A stretch of DNA of 64,000 nt, from contig JBBCHL010000002.1 of the NCBI GenBank assembly GCA_037200825.1, forward strand, positions 381,757-445,756. The letters run 5' to 3'. Shown one piece after another: positions 10,075-19,990 of this stretch (position 1 is the stretch's first letter; each line of letters begins with the position of its first letter). The translations under genes were made by a program, and so were the position numbers. The DNA comes from Edaphobacter sp. (GTDB taxonomy: Bacteria > Acidobacteriota > Terriglobia > Terriglobales > Acidobacteriaceae). The notes under the pieces were generated by a model. The model had not been told where the DNA came from and did no database searches. It was given only the letters and a program-made list of their open reading frames with translations.

Positions 10075-11103
10075 ATGGAGATCGCCGCAGAACTGACTCA
10101 GGACGCAGCTCAACTGCAGCAGCGCGTGGAACGCTTTCAGGCAGTGCGTGACGGTATTCTTGCCCAGGTGCGACAGGTCATCGTGGGCCAGGATGAGGTG
10201 CTGGACCAGATATTGATTGCTCTGTTTGTGGGGGGACACTGCCTCATCACCGGAATGCCAGGGACGGCGAAGACGCTGATGGTGCGCACCATTGCGGAGA
10301 CGCTGGGGCTGACCTTTAAGCGGATTCAATTTACGCCGGACCTGATGCCCTCTGACATTACCGGGACCGACATTATCGAAGAGGATATGACGACCGGTCA
10401 CCGGAAGTGGACGTTTGTTCAGGGACCTATCTTTGGGAATATCGTTCTGGCGGACGAGATTAACCGCACTCCGCCAAAGACGCAGGCGGCGCTGCTGGAA
10501 GCCATGCAGGAGCGGTCGTGCACGGTGAGGGGGCATATTTACAAGCTGCCTGCGCCGTTTTTTGTGCTGGCGACGCAGAATCCGATTGAGCTGGAAGGAA
10601 CGTATCCGCTGCCCGAGGCGCAGCTGGATCGTTTTTTGTTCAACACCCTGCTGGATTATCTGAGCGCAAGTGACGAGTTGAAGGTTGTCGATCTTACGAC
10701 GACCACGAGAGTGCCCGAGGTGAAGGCAGTGACCAGCGCAGAGGAGCTGCTTGAGTTTCAGCAGCTGGTGCGGATGGTGCCGATTGCCGAGTCGCTGGCT
10801 CGGTATGTCGTTGACCTGGTACGGGCGACTCGGCACAAGAGCGAGAATGCGCCGGATTTTGTGAAGAAGTATGTGAACTATGGCGGGAGCATCCGCGCGG
10901 CGCAGTTTATTGTGCTGGCGGCGAAGGCGAGGGCTTTGTCGCGAAGGAGGTATCACGTCACGTATGACGACATCACGACGCTTGCGCTTCCTGTGTTGCG
11001 GCATCGCATTCTGTTGAACTTTCATGCGGAGTCGGAGCGGATCGACTCGGACGAGATTTTGCGAAGGCTGTTGGCGCACATGCCTCCGCCGAAGGAGGTG
11101 TGA
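10075..11103 (+). CDS. moxR: MoxR family AAA+ ATPase
   Basis: GMPGTAKT, RIQFTPDLMPSDITG, LADEINR, ATQNPIELEGTYPLPEAQLDRF. Confidence 0.95.
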   Translation: MEIAAELTQDAAQLQQRVERFQAVRDGILAQVRQVIVGQDEVLDQILIALFVGGHCLITGMPGTAKTLMVRTIAETLGLTFKRIQFTPDLMPSDITGTDIIEEDMTTGHRKWTFVQGPIFGNIVLADEINRTPPKTQAALLEAMQERSCTVRGHIYKLPAPFFVLATQNPIELEGTYPLPEAQLDRFLFNTLLDYLSASDELKVVDLTTTTRVPEVKAVTSAEELLEFQQLVRMVPIAESLARYVVDLVRATRHKSENAPDFVKKYVNYGGSIRAAQFIVLAAKARALSRRRYHVTYDDITTLALPVLRHRILLNFHAESERIDSDEILRRLLAHMPPPKEV

Positions 11104-11993
11104 GGGTGCAACGCTTTCTTGATCCTTCGGTGCTGGCTGGAATTTCAGGGCTAGACCTGATTGCGAAGACGGTGGTGGATGGATTTGTTGCGGGGTTGCA
11201 TCGCTCACCGGATTTTGGATTCAGCCAGGAGTTCGCGGAGTATCGCGCGTATACGCCGGGGGACGATCTGCGGCATGTGGACTGGAATCTGTTTGCTCGG
11301 ACGGAGCGTTGCTATCTGAAGCGGTATCGCGGTGAGACGAATACGCAGTTGACGATTTTGCTGGATGCGAGCAACTCGATGAACTACAGCTCGCACGATG
11401 TTTCGAAGATGGATTATGCGCGGTATGCGGCGGCTTCCTTGTTTTATCTTGCGCTGCATAATCAGCATGATCCGGCGGGGCTGATCGTGTTTGACGATGA
11501 GGTGCGGGACTACATTCGGCCGTCGACGCGGCAAGGGCAGCTACATCGTCTGCTGAGCGGGTTGGAGCGGGCAGAGCCGCGGGCGCGAACGGACTACGCC
11601 AAGCCATTGATGCACTTTCAGGAGTTTCTGCGCAGACGCGGGATGGTGGTGGTGATCTCGGATTTTTATGAAGCGCCGGAGACGATTGTGAAGACGATTG
11701 AGCCGCTGCGTTTTCATGGGAGCGAGGTGGTGCTGTTTCATGTGCTCGACCCGAAGGAGATTCGGCCAGAGCTGCGGGGGCCGGCCATCTTTGTCGATCT
11801 GGAGACAGACCAGCGGCTGGAGGTGATTCCTGAGTACGTGAAGGGGGAGTATCGCAGGAAGATTGATGCGCATCTGCAGGAGATGGAGGAGCGGGCCAAG
11901 GCCGCGGGGCTCGATTACTACCTGCTGGTGACGGACCGGCCGCTGGATGCGGCGTTGAGTGAGTATCTGTTTTTACGGCCAGGAGGAAGATGA
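11100..11993 (+). CDS. DUF58 domain protein (vWA-like)
   Basis: GLHRS…EFAEYRAYTPGDDLRHVDWN, LDASNSM, VISDF. Confidence 0.93.
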   Translation: MRVQRFLDPSVLAGISGLDLIAKTVVDGFVAGLHRSPDFGFSQEFAEYRAYTPGDDLRHVDWNLFARTERCYLKRYRGETNTQLTILLDASNSMNYSSHDVSKMDYARYAAASLFYLALHNQHDPAGLIVFDDEVRDYIRPSTRQGQLHRLLSGLERAEPRARTDYAKPLMHFQEFLRRRGMVVVISDFYEAPETIVKTIEPLRFHGSEVVLFHVLDPKEIRPELRGPAIFVDLETDQRLEVIPEYVKGEYRRKIDAHLQEMEERAKAAGLDYYLLVTDRPLDAALSEYLFLRPGGR

Positions 11994-14017
11994 TGGGATT
12001 CCTCGCTCCATGGTTTCTGGCGGCATTGGCTGGGGTTGGGTTGCCGGTGTACATCCATTTGCTGCGGCGGCAGACGACGACGCCGAGGCCGGTGAGTTCG
12101 CTGATGTTTTTTGAGCGCGGGGTTCAGAGCTCGACGCGGTATCGGCGATTGCGGTATTTGCTTTTGTTTGCTTTGCGGGCGCTGCTGGTGGTTTTGCTGG
12201 CTCTGGTGTTTGCGAATCCTTTTGTGCGCCGGTCGGCGGCGTCGGCGAATGACCGCCTGATGCTGATTGCGGTGGATAATTCGTTCAGCATGAGAGCCGG
12301 AACGCGGCTGGCGGATGCGAAGAGCGAGGCGCTGAAGGTGCTGGCGACGCGGAGGCCGTCGCAGCGTGCGCAGGTGATGGCGCTGGGGGGTGAGTTGCAG
12401 GTGCTGACGCAGCCGATCCAGGATGCGGGTGCGCTGCGGGCTGCGGTGGAGAATATTCAGCCGGGCGATTCGCATGGGAACTTCGGTGAGCTGGGGCGTG
12501 GGATGCGGGCGTTGACGGAGACGGTGCATACTCCGGTGGATCTGCATCTGTTCAGCGATATGCAAGCCTCGAATATGCCGGTGAACTTTGGCGATATGGT
12601 GATGCCGGGCAATGTTTCTCTGGTGCTGCATTCGGTGGCAACGGCCACGGTGCCGAACTGGACGGTTGAGAGCGTGGATGCTCCGGGACTGCTGGTGGAT
12701 CCGAAGAAGGCACGCGTGCTGGCGGTCGTTGCGGGGCATCAGACTCCGGCGGCAACGCGAACGGTTTCGCTGGTAATCAATGGTGTGGTGACGGCTACGA
12801 AGAAGGTGGATGTTCCGGCGGATGGACGAGCGACGATAGCGTTCGAGTCGCTGGATGTGTCTTATGGGGCGAGCCGTTGCGAGGTAAGGATTGATGCAGC
12901 GGATGGATTTGCGGCGGATGATGCGAGCGCGTTTGCGGTGAAACGAGCCGATCCTGAGCGCGTGCTGTTCGTGCATCAGGCGGGAGATTCGCGGTCGCAG
13001 CTTTATTTTGGAGCGGCGCTGGCGGCTGCTGCACAGGCGTCGTTCGTGCTGCAGCCGATTGTTGCGGATCAGGCTGCGGATGCGGATCCGACGAAGTATG
13101 CGTTTGTGGTGTTGTCGGATGTGACTTCGATTCCGTCGATTCTGGAGAATAGCCTGCTGCAGTATGTGCGGAACGGTGGGAGCGTGCTGATCGCTGCGGG
13201 GACGGCGGCGGGGCATCGTCAGAAGATTCCCGTGTTTGGAGAGAGTGCGACGGATGGGCGATATTATTCGCGGTCGGGCGGCTTCTCGACGGTGGCGCAG
13301 GTGGATGCTTCGCATCCGGCGATGAAGGATGCGGCGGGGTGGTCGGATGCGAAGTTTTATTACGCGACGGTAGTGGATGCGGGACACTCGCGCGTTGTGG
13401 CGCGGCTGGCTGATGGCGTTCCGCTGGTGATGGATAAGCAGATGGGACAGGGGCATGTGTTGCTGTTTGCTTCGGGATTTGAAGATGTGACGAACGATTT
13501 GCCTCTGAATCCGGCGTTCGTGCCGTTTGTCGATGAGTCGGCGCGATACCTGGCCGGCGTGGAAAGGTTGAGTGGGGCCCGCTTGGTGGATTCGTTCGTT
13601 GCTTTACGGAGTGTGACGAATGAGGCAGGCGGTACGGGTGCTTCGGTCGAGGTGATTGGGCCGGATGGAAAACGGCCGTTGTCGTTACAGGAGGAGGCGA
13701 CCGCGCAGTCGCTGCAACTGACGCATGCGGGCTTCTATCAGATTCGTTTTGCGAATGGGCGCGACGCGCTGATTGCGGTGAATCCGGATCGGCGGGAATC
13801 GGGGCTGGATCTGATTCCGCAGGATGTGTTGAAGCTCTGGAGTGGAAGTGCAGGCAACGAGGCGGGTTCGGCGCAGCCCGTCAACGCAGCTACTGCGGCG
13901 GAGAAAAAGGGCGCCTACAGTCTTTGGTGGTGGATTATGCTAATGATACTGATCGCGGCGGTGGCCGAGTCCGTGGTGGCCAGCCGCTACCTGGGAACAC
14001 AGCGGGAGGAAGCATGA
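11990..14017 (+). CDS. BatA N-terminal domain + vWA membrane protein
   Basis: FLAPWFLAALAGVGLPVYIHLLRR (BatA), VDNSFSM MIDAS, C-terminal TM LWWWIML…AESV. Confidence 0.88.
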   Translation: MMGFLAPWFLAALAGVGLPVYIHLLRRQTTTPRPVSSLMFFERGVQSSTRYRRLRYLLLFALRALLVVLLALVFANPFVRRSAASANDRLMLIAVDNSFSMRAGTRLADAKSEALKVLATRRPSQRAQVMALGGELQVLTQPIQDAGALRAAVENIQPGDSHGNFGELGRGMRALTETVHTPVDLHLFSDMQASNMPVNFGDMVMPGNVSLVLHSVATATVPNWTVESVDAPGLLVDPKKARVLAVVAGHQTPAATRTVSLVINGVVTATKKVDVPADGRATIAFESLDVSYGASRCEVRIDAADGFAADDASAFAVKRADPERVLFVHQAGDSRSQLYFGAALAAAAQASFVLQPIVADQAADADPTKYAFVVLSDVTSIPSILENSLLQYVRNGGSVLIAAGTAAGHRQKIPVFGESATDGRYYSRSGGFSTVAQVDASHPAMKDAAGWSDAKFYYATVVDAGHSRVVARLADGVPLVMDKQMGQGHVLLFASGFEDVTNDLPLNPAFVPFVDESARYLAGVERLSGARLVDSFVALRSVTNEAGGTGASVEVIGPDGKRPLSLQEEATAQSLQLTHAGFYQIRFANGRDALIAVNPDRRESGLDLIPQDVLKLWSGSAGNEAGSAQPVNAATAAEKKGAYSLWWWIMLMILIAAVAESVVASRYLGTQREEA

Positions 14018-17000
14018 GCCGGCGAGAGCAGCTCAACCGCTACATCGCACAGGTGCAGCAACAGCTGCGTCTCGATGCCGGCGTGCGTGGTGCTGCCGTG
14101 GTGGCTGCGGTTGCGCTGGTGGCGACAGTTCTGCTGACGCTGATCCTGAACCACTATGCGTTTCCTGAACATGCGGTGACTCCTGCGAGACTGGCTCTGT
14201 TGGCGATTCTCTGCGCGGCTGTGGGGTTTGGTCTGGCGTTGCCTTTGTTGCGTCTGGACCGGAGCCGATCGATTCGCCAGGCTGAGGCTACTTTCCCGGA
14301 GCTTGACCAGAGGCTGGTTACGTTTTCCGAAAGAGAGCGCGAGGGCGATCCGTTTATCGAGCTTCTGGCAGCCGATACTTTGGCGGTTGCCGATGGTGCG
14401 CCTGCGGTGCGGCTGGTTCCACAACGCCGGTTGCTGGTTTTGATGGGCGCGGGGATCGCCTGCGTTGGTGTGCTGACGTGGATGGTCTTCGCGGGGCCGG
14501 GTTATCTAGGGTATGGGGCCTCGATCCTGTGGACGGGGCCGAAGGCGAATGCGGCTCCGCTGTATGAGATTCGCGTGACGCCTGGGGATGCGGCGGTGCG
14601 GCGCAACAGCGACGAGCTTGTGACTGCGGAGGTTGTGGGACTCGACACCAATAAGGTCAATCTGTACGCGCGCTATCAGAGCAGCTCGAAGTGGGAGCCG
14701 GTGGCGATGCAGCGGCAGGAGGGCGCGAAGGGGTTTCAGTTTCTGTTTGCGGGTCTGCCGGAGAGTGTTGAATATTACGTCGAGGCTGGTCCGGTGCAGT
14801 CGAAGCATTTCAAGTTCCGCGTTGTCGATCTGCCAACCGTGAAGCAGATTCAGGTGACGTATCACTATCCGAAGTGGACTGGCTTGCAGCAGGTTTCGGA
14901 AGAGCACAGCGGCGACCTGCGCGCGTTGGAAGGCACGGATGCAGCGCTGACGGTGGTGATGGACGCTCCGTTGAAGGATGGCGAGCTGGTGATGGACAAC
15001 GGACAGCCGCTGCACCTTACCGGAGGCGAGGGCAACCGATATCAGGCGACGGTCCATATGGAGAAGGATGGGGCCTACCATGTGGCGGCGATGGATAGTG
15101 GGCAACAGGTCAGGTTGTCCGAGGACTACTTCATCTCGACGAGCAAGGCGAACCCGCCTGAGATTGCGATCGACCGGCCGGGACAGGACTATCGTGCCAG
15201 CCCGATTGAAGAGGTGACGATCGGGGTCCGTGGAGGCGCTGAGTTTGGGTTGCGGCAGATGGAACTGCACTACTCCGTCAACGGCGGGCCGGATAAGACG
15301 GTGGATCTGCTGAAGGGAGCTGGCGAGAAGAGCGCCAAAGGGACGACCACGTTGAGTCTCGAGGACTTCAAGCTTGTGCCGGGAGATGTGGTGAGTCTGT
15401 ATGCGACAGCGAAAGATGCCCACGCGGAGTCGCGCACGGAGATTGGTTTCATCCAGGCGGAGCCGTTTGAGCGGGAGTTCTCGCAGTCGCAGCAGATGGG
15501 TGGCGGCGGAGGCGGCGGTGGTGGACAGAACGCAGGAAACCAGACCGACATCTCGCGTAGAGAGAAAGAGCTGATTGCCGCTACATGGAAGCAACAGAAC
15601 GATAAGACAGCGACGGCGCAGCAGGCTGCGGATATGGGCAAAGTACTTTCTGAGGCGCAGGCGAAGTTGCGGGAGCAGGCGCTGGCTCTTTCCGGAAGAA
15701 TGCAGAGCAGAGATCTTGCTGATGCAAATGAGGAGTTCAATAGTTTTGAAAAGGATATGCAGGCCGCAGCGACTGCCATGGTGCCTTCGGCGGAGAAGCT
15801 GAAGCAACAGGCGTGGCACGATGCGATGCCGAATGAGCAAAAGGCGCTGCAGGCGCTGTTGCGCGCTGAGGCTACGTTCCGGCAGATTCAGGTGGCGTTC
15901 GGTCAGCGTGGAGGCGGCGGTGGCGGCGGTGGTAGCGCTGGGCGCGATCTTGCGAGCCTGTTCGACCTGGAGCTGGACACCGAGAAGAACCAGTACGAGA
16001 CGGCTCAGACGGGATCTCCTGCGGAGGAGCAGGCGAAGAAGGTCGACGAGGCGCTTCAAAAACTGGACGCTCTTGCGAAGCGTCAGGAAGAGTTGTCGCA
16101 GCAACAACAGAATAAAGCGCAGAACTTTCAGCAGCGGTGGCAGCAGGAGATGCTGCGACGCGAGGCCGAACAGTTGCAGCATGACATGGAGCAGATGCAG
16201 GGGCAACAAGGGCAACAGGGCCAGCAGGGTGGTCAGCAGACCGCAAGCGGTGCATCGGGGCAGTCCTCTTCGGGACAGGGTGCATCCGGACAGAGCTCAT
16301 TGGGGCAAGGAAAGCAGAGTCAGTCGCAGCAGGCGCGAGCGGGTTCCCCAGCAACCCCCGATTCCAAAGATGGAGCAGCCGATCCACGGGTGCAACAGGC
16401 GCTTGAGCGTCTGCGGGCCGCGAACGAGGCGATGCGTCGCGCAGGAGATCAACGGCAGGGAGGGCCTCAGAGCTCGGAGGAGGCTCAGCGGGCGGCGCAG
16501 CGACTGCGCGAGGCAACGAACCTTCTAGGCGGGGCGCAGAAACAGCAGGAGTCGGGCAAGCTGGATTCGTTGTCGCGGGAGGCTGGGCGGCTTACAAAAG
16601 AAGAGCGCGCACAGGCCGACCGGATACATTCCCTGGCGAGTCAGCAGCCGGATCAGGATGGCGAGCCGTCTCCGGCGCAGATGGCCTTGCGCGTGCAGGA
16701 GCTTCGCAAGCTGGCGGACGACCGGCAGCAGCTTTCGGACGATCTGTCTCATCTTCAAAAGGGTTTGCGCGATACGGCTCGCGAGATGGCGCCGAATCAG
16801 CCCGGCACGTCGTCGAAGCTGCGCGATGCACTGGGCGAGATGGATCAGTCGGATCTGGGGAATCGTGTGCAGCGAACTGCGGACTGGTTGCGAAGGGGAA
16901 TCAATCCCAACTCCAATGGAACGGAGGATCAGATCGCTTCGGATTTGAAGAAGCTAAATGACGAGGTGAGACAGGCGCAGCAGGGGTTGGGATCGGAACG

Positions 17001-17814
17001 AGATAGTCAGGGCAGCAAAGCCGGGCAGGGGACGGAAACGGCCGCGCTCGATCATGTAGAGCGGCTGCGCAACGAGATTCAAGGCCTGTCTTCAGGACGT
17101 GGGCAGAACGGCCAGCGGCCTGGAACGCAACAGGGGCAGCCCGGACAGCGTGGTCAAACTAGTGGTCAACCTGGTCAGCAGGGACAGGCAGGGCAAAACG
17201 GGCAACAAGGCCAGCAGGGGCAGGCAGGACAAAGCGCGCAGGCACAAAGCGCGCGGGGTGGCGGACAGCAGGGAGGTGGGCAACAAGGGAATCGGACAGG
17301 AGGTCGACAGTTCGGGCAAGCTGGGTCTCAGGGAGGCGAACAGCAGGACGGGCAAAGCGGGGATATCGGAGATGGCATTCGGCGCGGCGGTGGAGGTGCT
17401 GTTACTTTCAACGTGAACACAGGTAACAATCAGTTCGACCGGTCGCAACGTGCTGCTGCACCTGACAACGCCGATGCTCCTCCGGATTCGGAGAGAACGA
17501 TTCAGCAGGGCTTACGAGAGTTGAACCAACTGCGCCAGCTTGCGAAGAATGATCCTGCGGCGCTACGTGAGATTCAGGACCTAGTGAAAGAGATGCAGCA
17601 ACTTGACCCAAGCCGCTTTCCGGGGAATCCTGCGATGGTGGAGCAACTGCACACGCAGGTGCTGAACGATGTCGACAAATTAGAGCTGCAGATACGCAGG
17701 AATGCAGACGATCCTCAAGCAGGGCAGGTGCGGACGAGCAAAGCGCCGACGGTGCCCGCGGGCTATCAGGACGCTGTAGCGGAGTACTACCGACGCCTTG
17801 GCAAAGGGCAGTGA
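14014..17814 (+). CDS. DUF4175-like membrane-anchored, Gln/Gly-rich coiled-coil protein
   Basis: ATG overlaps the upstream TGA; 3 TM helices, Ig-like repeats, long Q/G low-complexity helical tail ending VPAGYQDAVAEYYRRL. Confidence 0.8.
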   Translation: MSRREQLNRYIAQVQQQLRLDAGVRGAAVVAAVALVATVLLTLILNHYAFPEHAVTPARLALLAILCAAVGFGLALPLLRLDRSRSIRQAEATFPELDQRLVTFSEREREGDPFIELLAADTLAVADGAPAVRLVPQRRLLVLMGAGIACVGVLTWMVFAGPGYLGYGASILWTGPKANAAPLYEIRVTPGDAAVRRNSDELVTAEVVGLDTNKVNLYARYQSSSKWEPVAMQRQEGAKGFQFLFAGLPESVEYYVEAGPVQSKHFKFRVVDLPTVKQIQVTYHYPKWTGLQQVSEEHSGDLRALEGTDAALTVVMDAPLKDGELVMDNGQPLHLTGGEGNRYQATVHMEKDGAYHVAAMDSGQQVRLSEDYFISTSKANPPEIAIDRPGQDYRASPIEEVTIGVRGGAEFGLRQMELHYSVNGGPDKTVDLLKGAGEKSAKGTTTLSLEDFKLVPGDVVSLYATAKDAHAESRTEIGFIQAEPFEREFSQSQQMGGGGGGGGGQNAGNQTDISRREKELIAATWKQQNDKTATAQQAADMGKVLSEAQAKLREQALALSGRMQSRDLADANEEFNSFEKDMQAAATAMVPSAEKLKQQAWHDAMPNEQKALQALLRAEATFRQIQVAFGQRGGGGGGGGSAGRDLASLFDLELDTEKNQYETAQTGSPAEEQAKKVDEALQKLDALAKRQEELSQQQQNKAQNFQQRWQQEMLRREAEQLQHDMEQMQGQQGQQGQQGGQQTASGASGQSSSGQGASGQSSLGQGKQSQSQQARAGSPATPDSKDGAADPRVQQALERLRAANEAMRRAGDQRQGGPQSSEEAQRAAQRLREATNLLGGAQKQQESGKLDSLSREAGRLTKEERAQADRIHSLASQQPDQDGEPSPAQMALRVQELRKLADDRQQLSDDLSHLQKGLRDTAREMAPNQPGTSSKLRDALGEMDQSDLGNRVQRTADWLRRGINPNSNGTEDQIASDLKKLNDEVRQAQQGLGSERDSQGSKAGQGTETAALDHVERLRNEIQGLSSGRGQNGQRPGTQQGQPGQRGQTSGQPGQQGQAGQNGQQGQQGQAGQSAQAQSARGGGQQGGGQQGNRTGGRQFGQAGSQGGEQQDGQSGDIGDGIRRGGGGAVTFNVNTGNNQFDRSQRAAAPDNADAPPDSERTIQQGLRELNQLRQLAKNDPAALREIQDLVKEMQQLDPSRFPGNPAMVEQLHTQVLNDVDKLELQIRRNADDPQAGQVRTSKAPTVPAGYQDAVAEYYRRLGKGQ

Positions 17815-17947
17815 ATTAGGCTGGCTTTTTGTCGCTCACCGTGAGGATTGCTTTATCTTCCTCGGCCGTAAGAGAGAGGCTCCCATCCCTCGCGGGTGTA
17901 CTTGATGGCTATCGCGCGATACCGCAAACTGGCGAGGCGTTCAGCGC

Positions 17948-18631
17948 TTAGCTGCCGCGCACGAATTTGTAACCGATACCGTGCATCGTGCGGAAGTAGA
18001 TTGGCCGCGCAGGATCAGGCTCCAATTTCTGGCGCAGCTTCATCACGTGATTATCGACTGTCCGCGTAGTCGGATACGAGGTGTAATGCCACACGTCGTT
18101 CAATAACTCTTCGCGCGTGATGGCCCGCTCCTGGTTCTCAACAAAATACTGAAGCAGTTTGATCTCGTGCTTGGTGAGTGGAACCAGCGTTCCATCCCGA
18201 TGGACTTCCATTCCGGAAAAGTCAGCAGTGATATTTCCGAAGTTGAAGCGACTGCTGTTGACCGGTCTCCGAGAGCGCCGAATCGCCGCCTGAACACGAG
18301 CCATCAGCTCGCGAGGGCTGAACGGCTTCGTCACGTAGTCATCAGCACCCATCTCAAGCAGGCGCACCTTGTCCTCCACTTCAGACATAGCGCTCAGCAC
18401 AACTACAGGTGTGTTGGCCGACCACTCTTTAATGCCTTTGCAGACCTCCAGCCCCGACATGGCCGGTAGCACAAGATCCAGTACGACTCCGGCTGGCTTA
18501 AGGTTCTTGCAACTCTCCAACCCCTGCTCCCCATCGGATGCCAGACATACTTCAAAACCCTCAGACGTGAACTGACGATGCAGTGCTCTCTGAATGCGTG
18601 GGTCGTCTTCAATGACAAGAATTGTATTCAC
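17948..18631 (-). CDS. OmpR/PhoB family response regulator (orphan)
   Basis: ILVIEDD, LDLVLP, GADDYVTKPF, TRTVDNHVMKLRQKLE, GIGYKF; GTG start with AAGGGG SD. Confidence 0.93.
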   Translation of the reverse strand: MNTILVIEDDPRIQRALHRQFTSEGFEVCLASDGEQGLESCKNLKPAGVVLDLVLPAMSGLEVCKGIKEWSANTPVVVLSAMSEVEDKVRLLEMGADDYVTKPFSPRELMARVQAAIRRSRRPVNSSRFNFGNITADFSGMEVHRDGTLVPLTKHEIKLLQYFVENQERAITREELLNDVWHYTSYPTTRTVDNHVMKLRQKLEPDPARPIYFRTMHGIGYKFVRGS

Positions 18632-18752
18632 AAGCCAATCCCCTTTCTCCGTGCCCTCAAAGTAACGAGCCCGCGGCTTCTCTCTCCTTATATACCGGCA
18701 AATCATGGTAGTGGATGTAAGGCAGGCTCTAAGCACCCCGATAGGCCACCAA

Positions 18753-18770
18753 ATGACAAGCACATGACAA
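18753..18770 (-). promoter_or_regulatory. Pho-box-like direct repeat TTGTCAT-N4-TTGTCAT
   Basis: Perfect 7-mer repeated at 11-bp period ~120 bp upstream of the OmpR-family gene. Confidence 0.55.
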
Positions 18771-18887
18771 TTCGGAGATATTCAAACTGGGAATTCGCAA
18801 AGATTCTCCTGATGGTTCGCAAGGCGCGCAGCCTCATCTCGCGCGTGCGAATCCATAATCTATTCCCGACTTCGAGATAGAAGATGG

Positions 18888-19903
18888 TCAGTTTCCTGCG
18901 GAACCTTTGCCTGATGCTGCAGGCCACGCTGCTAGACCATCGGGCGACCATGCTTCAATAATTGCCCGTGCCAGCTTCGCTATGGTCAGCTCACCTTCTT
19001 GCTCTACACCCCACGAATGGTCCCTGTTGTTGTAAGTGAACGCGGAAATAATCACCATCCCACTCTTCGTCGAAACCGCGGCCACATCATTCCTTACTGC
19101 ATCCAGCGAGCCGGTCTTGTTCGCAATCGAATCGCTCGCCGCCCCGGGCATTCCATCGAGATACCTCGGGATCGCACTGCGATAAAACTGCACATGAAGC
19201 ATGTGCAGCGCCATCCCGCACAGTGCCGCATCTGTCGGCTGCGCGGGACTACCCGGCTCAGCAAGCTCGCAGCGCACAATCTTCGTCATCAACATCGCCA
19301 TCTCGCGCGCCGTCGTCTTCCCCAGGCCAAATTTTTCTGGTCCGGCGGCAACACTACTCCTGGAGGAACAGGCGTGAAGATTTTTTTGTAGAGATACGTG
19401 TCCTTCAGACCCAGCTTTGCAATCCGCGCATCAACATTCTTAATTCCCAGGTGGTCCATTACGAGATTTGAAGCAGTGTTGTCACTCATCACGATCATCA
19501 TCGTCAGCACATCCTTCAGTGTCAGCGAGAGCGGTGTATCGAAAAACAGGAGAACGCCAGACCCGGGCACCTGGTCTGCCTTCGTCACCGAAATCCGGTC
19601 CTCGAAGTGAGCCTTGCCTGCGCGCACCTGCTCCAGCGCCTCATACAGAATCGCCAGCTTGATGACCGACGCAGTCTGCACCGGCGTGTCCGGCGAGATA
19701 GCCACTGTCTCATGAGTCGTCAGGTTCTCGGCAAATAGAGCAACGTCCCCATAATGTTGCGCAGCGATTGCACGGACCCGCTCCGCAAGGGACGCCGACG
19801 TGCTTTGTTGCCCATGAGCTGGCGCGGAACAAAAGACGGCTAAAAAAACAAGGGCTGCTGAGGAACGAAGGAAAGACATGGCGAAGATTCCAGTTCGTGT
19901 CAT
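18888..19903 (-). CDS. Secreted class A beta-lactamase-like serine hydrolase; -1 A frameshift near 19333
   Basis: Signal peptide, SVIK (SxxK), SDN, NKTG. ORFs 19289-19945 and 18888-19301 join as QKKFGLGKTTAREM. Confidence 0.85.
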
Positions 19904-19930
19904 GAGCAAATTCCCGGCCGAACAAAAATG

Positions 19931-19966
19931 AAAAAACAGCGCCACCCAAATTTCAGGAGACGCTGT
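19931..19966 (-). terminator. Rho-independent terminator after the TonB receptor gene
   Basis: ACAGCGTC…GGCGCTGT stem followed by a T run on the minus strand. Confidence 0.6.
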
Positions 19967-19990
19967 CTGGTTGAAGAGGCAAGAGCCACT

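Noticed and set aside
5462-13456. Long antisense ORFs (e.g. 5462-7705, 7753-9267, 11918-13456) and similar ones elsewhere
   Set aside because: Shadow ORFs caused by high GC and extreme codon skew opposite well-supported genes; Arg/Pro/His-rich with no motifs
17815-18890. Replication terminus (dif) at the gradual skew change
   Set aside because: No XerC/XerD dif-like 28-mer recognised by eye
18888-19903. Antibiotic-resistance beta-lactamase
   Set aside because: Lacks the Glu166 omega-loop motif and any mobile context
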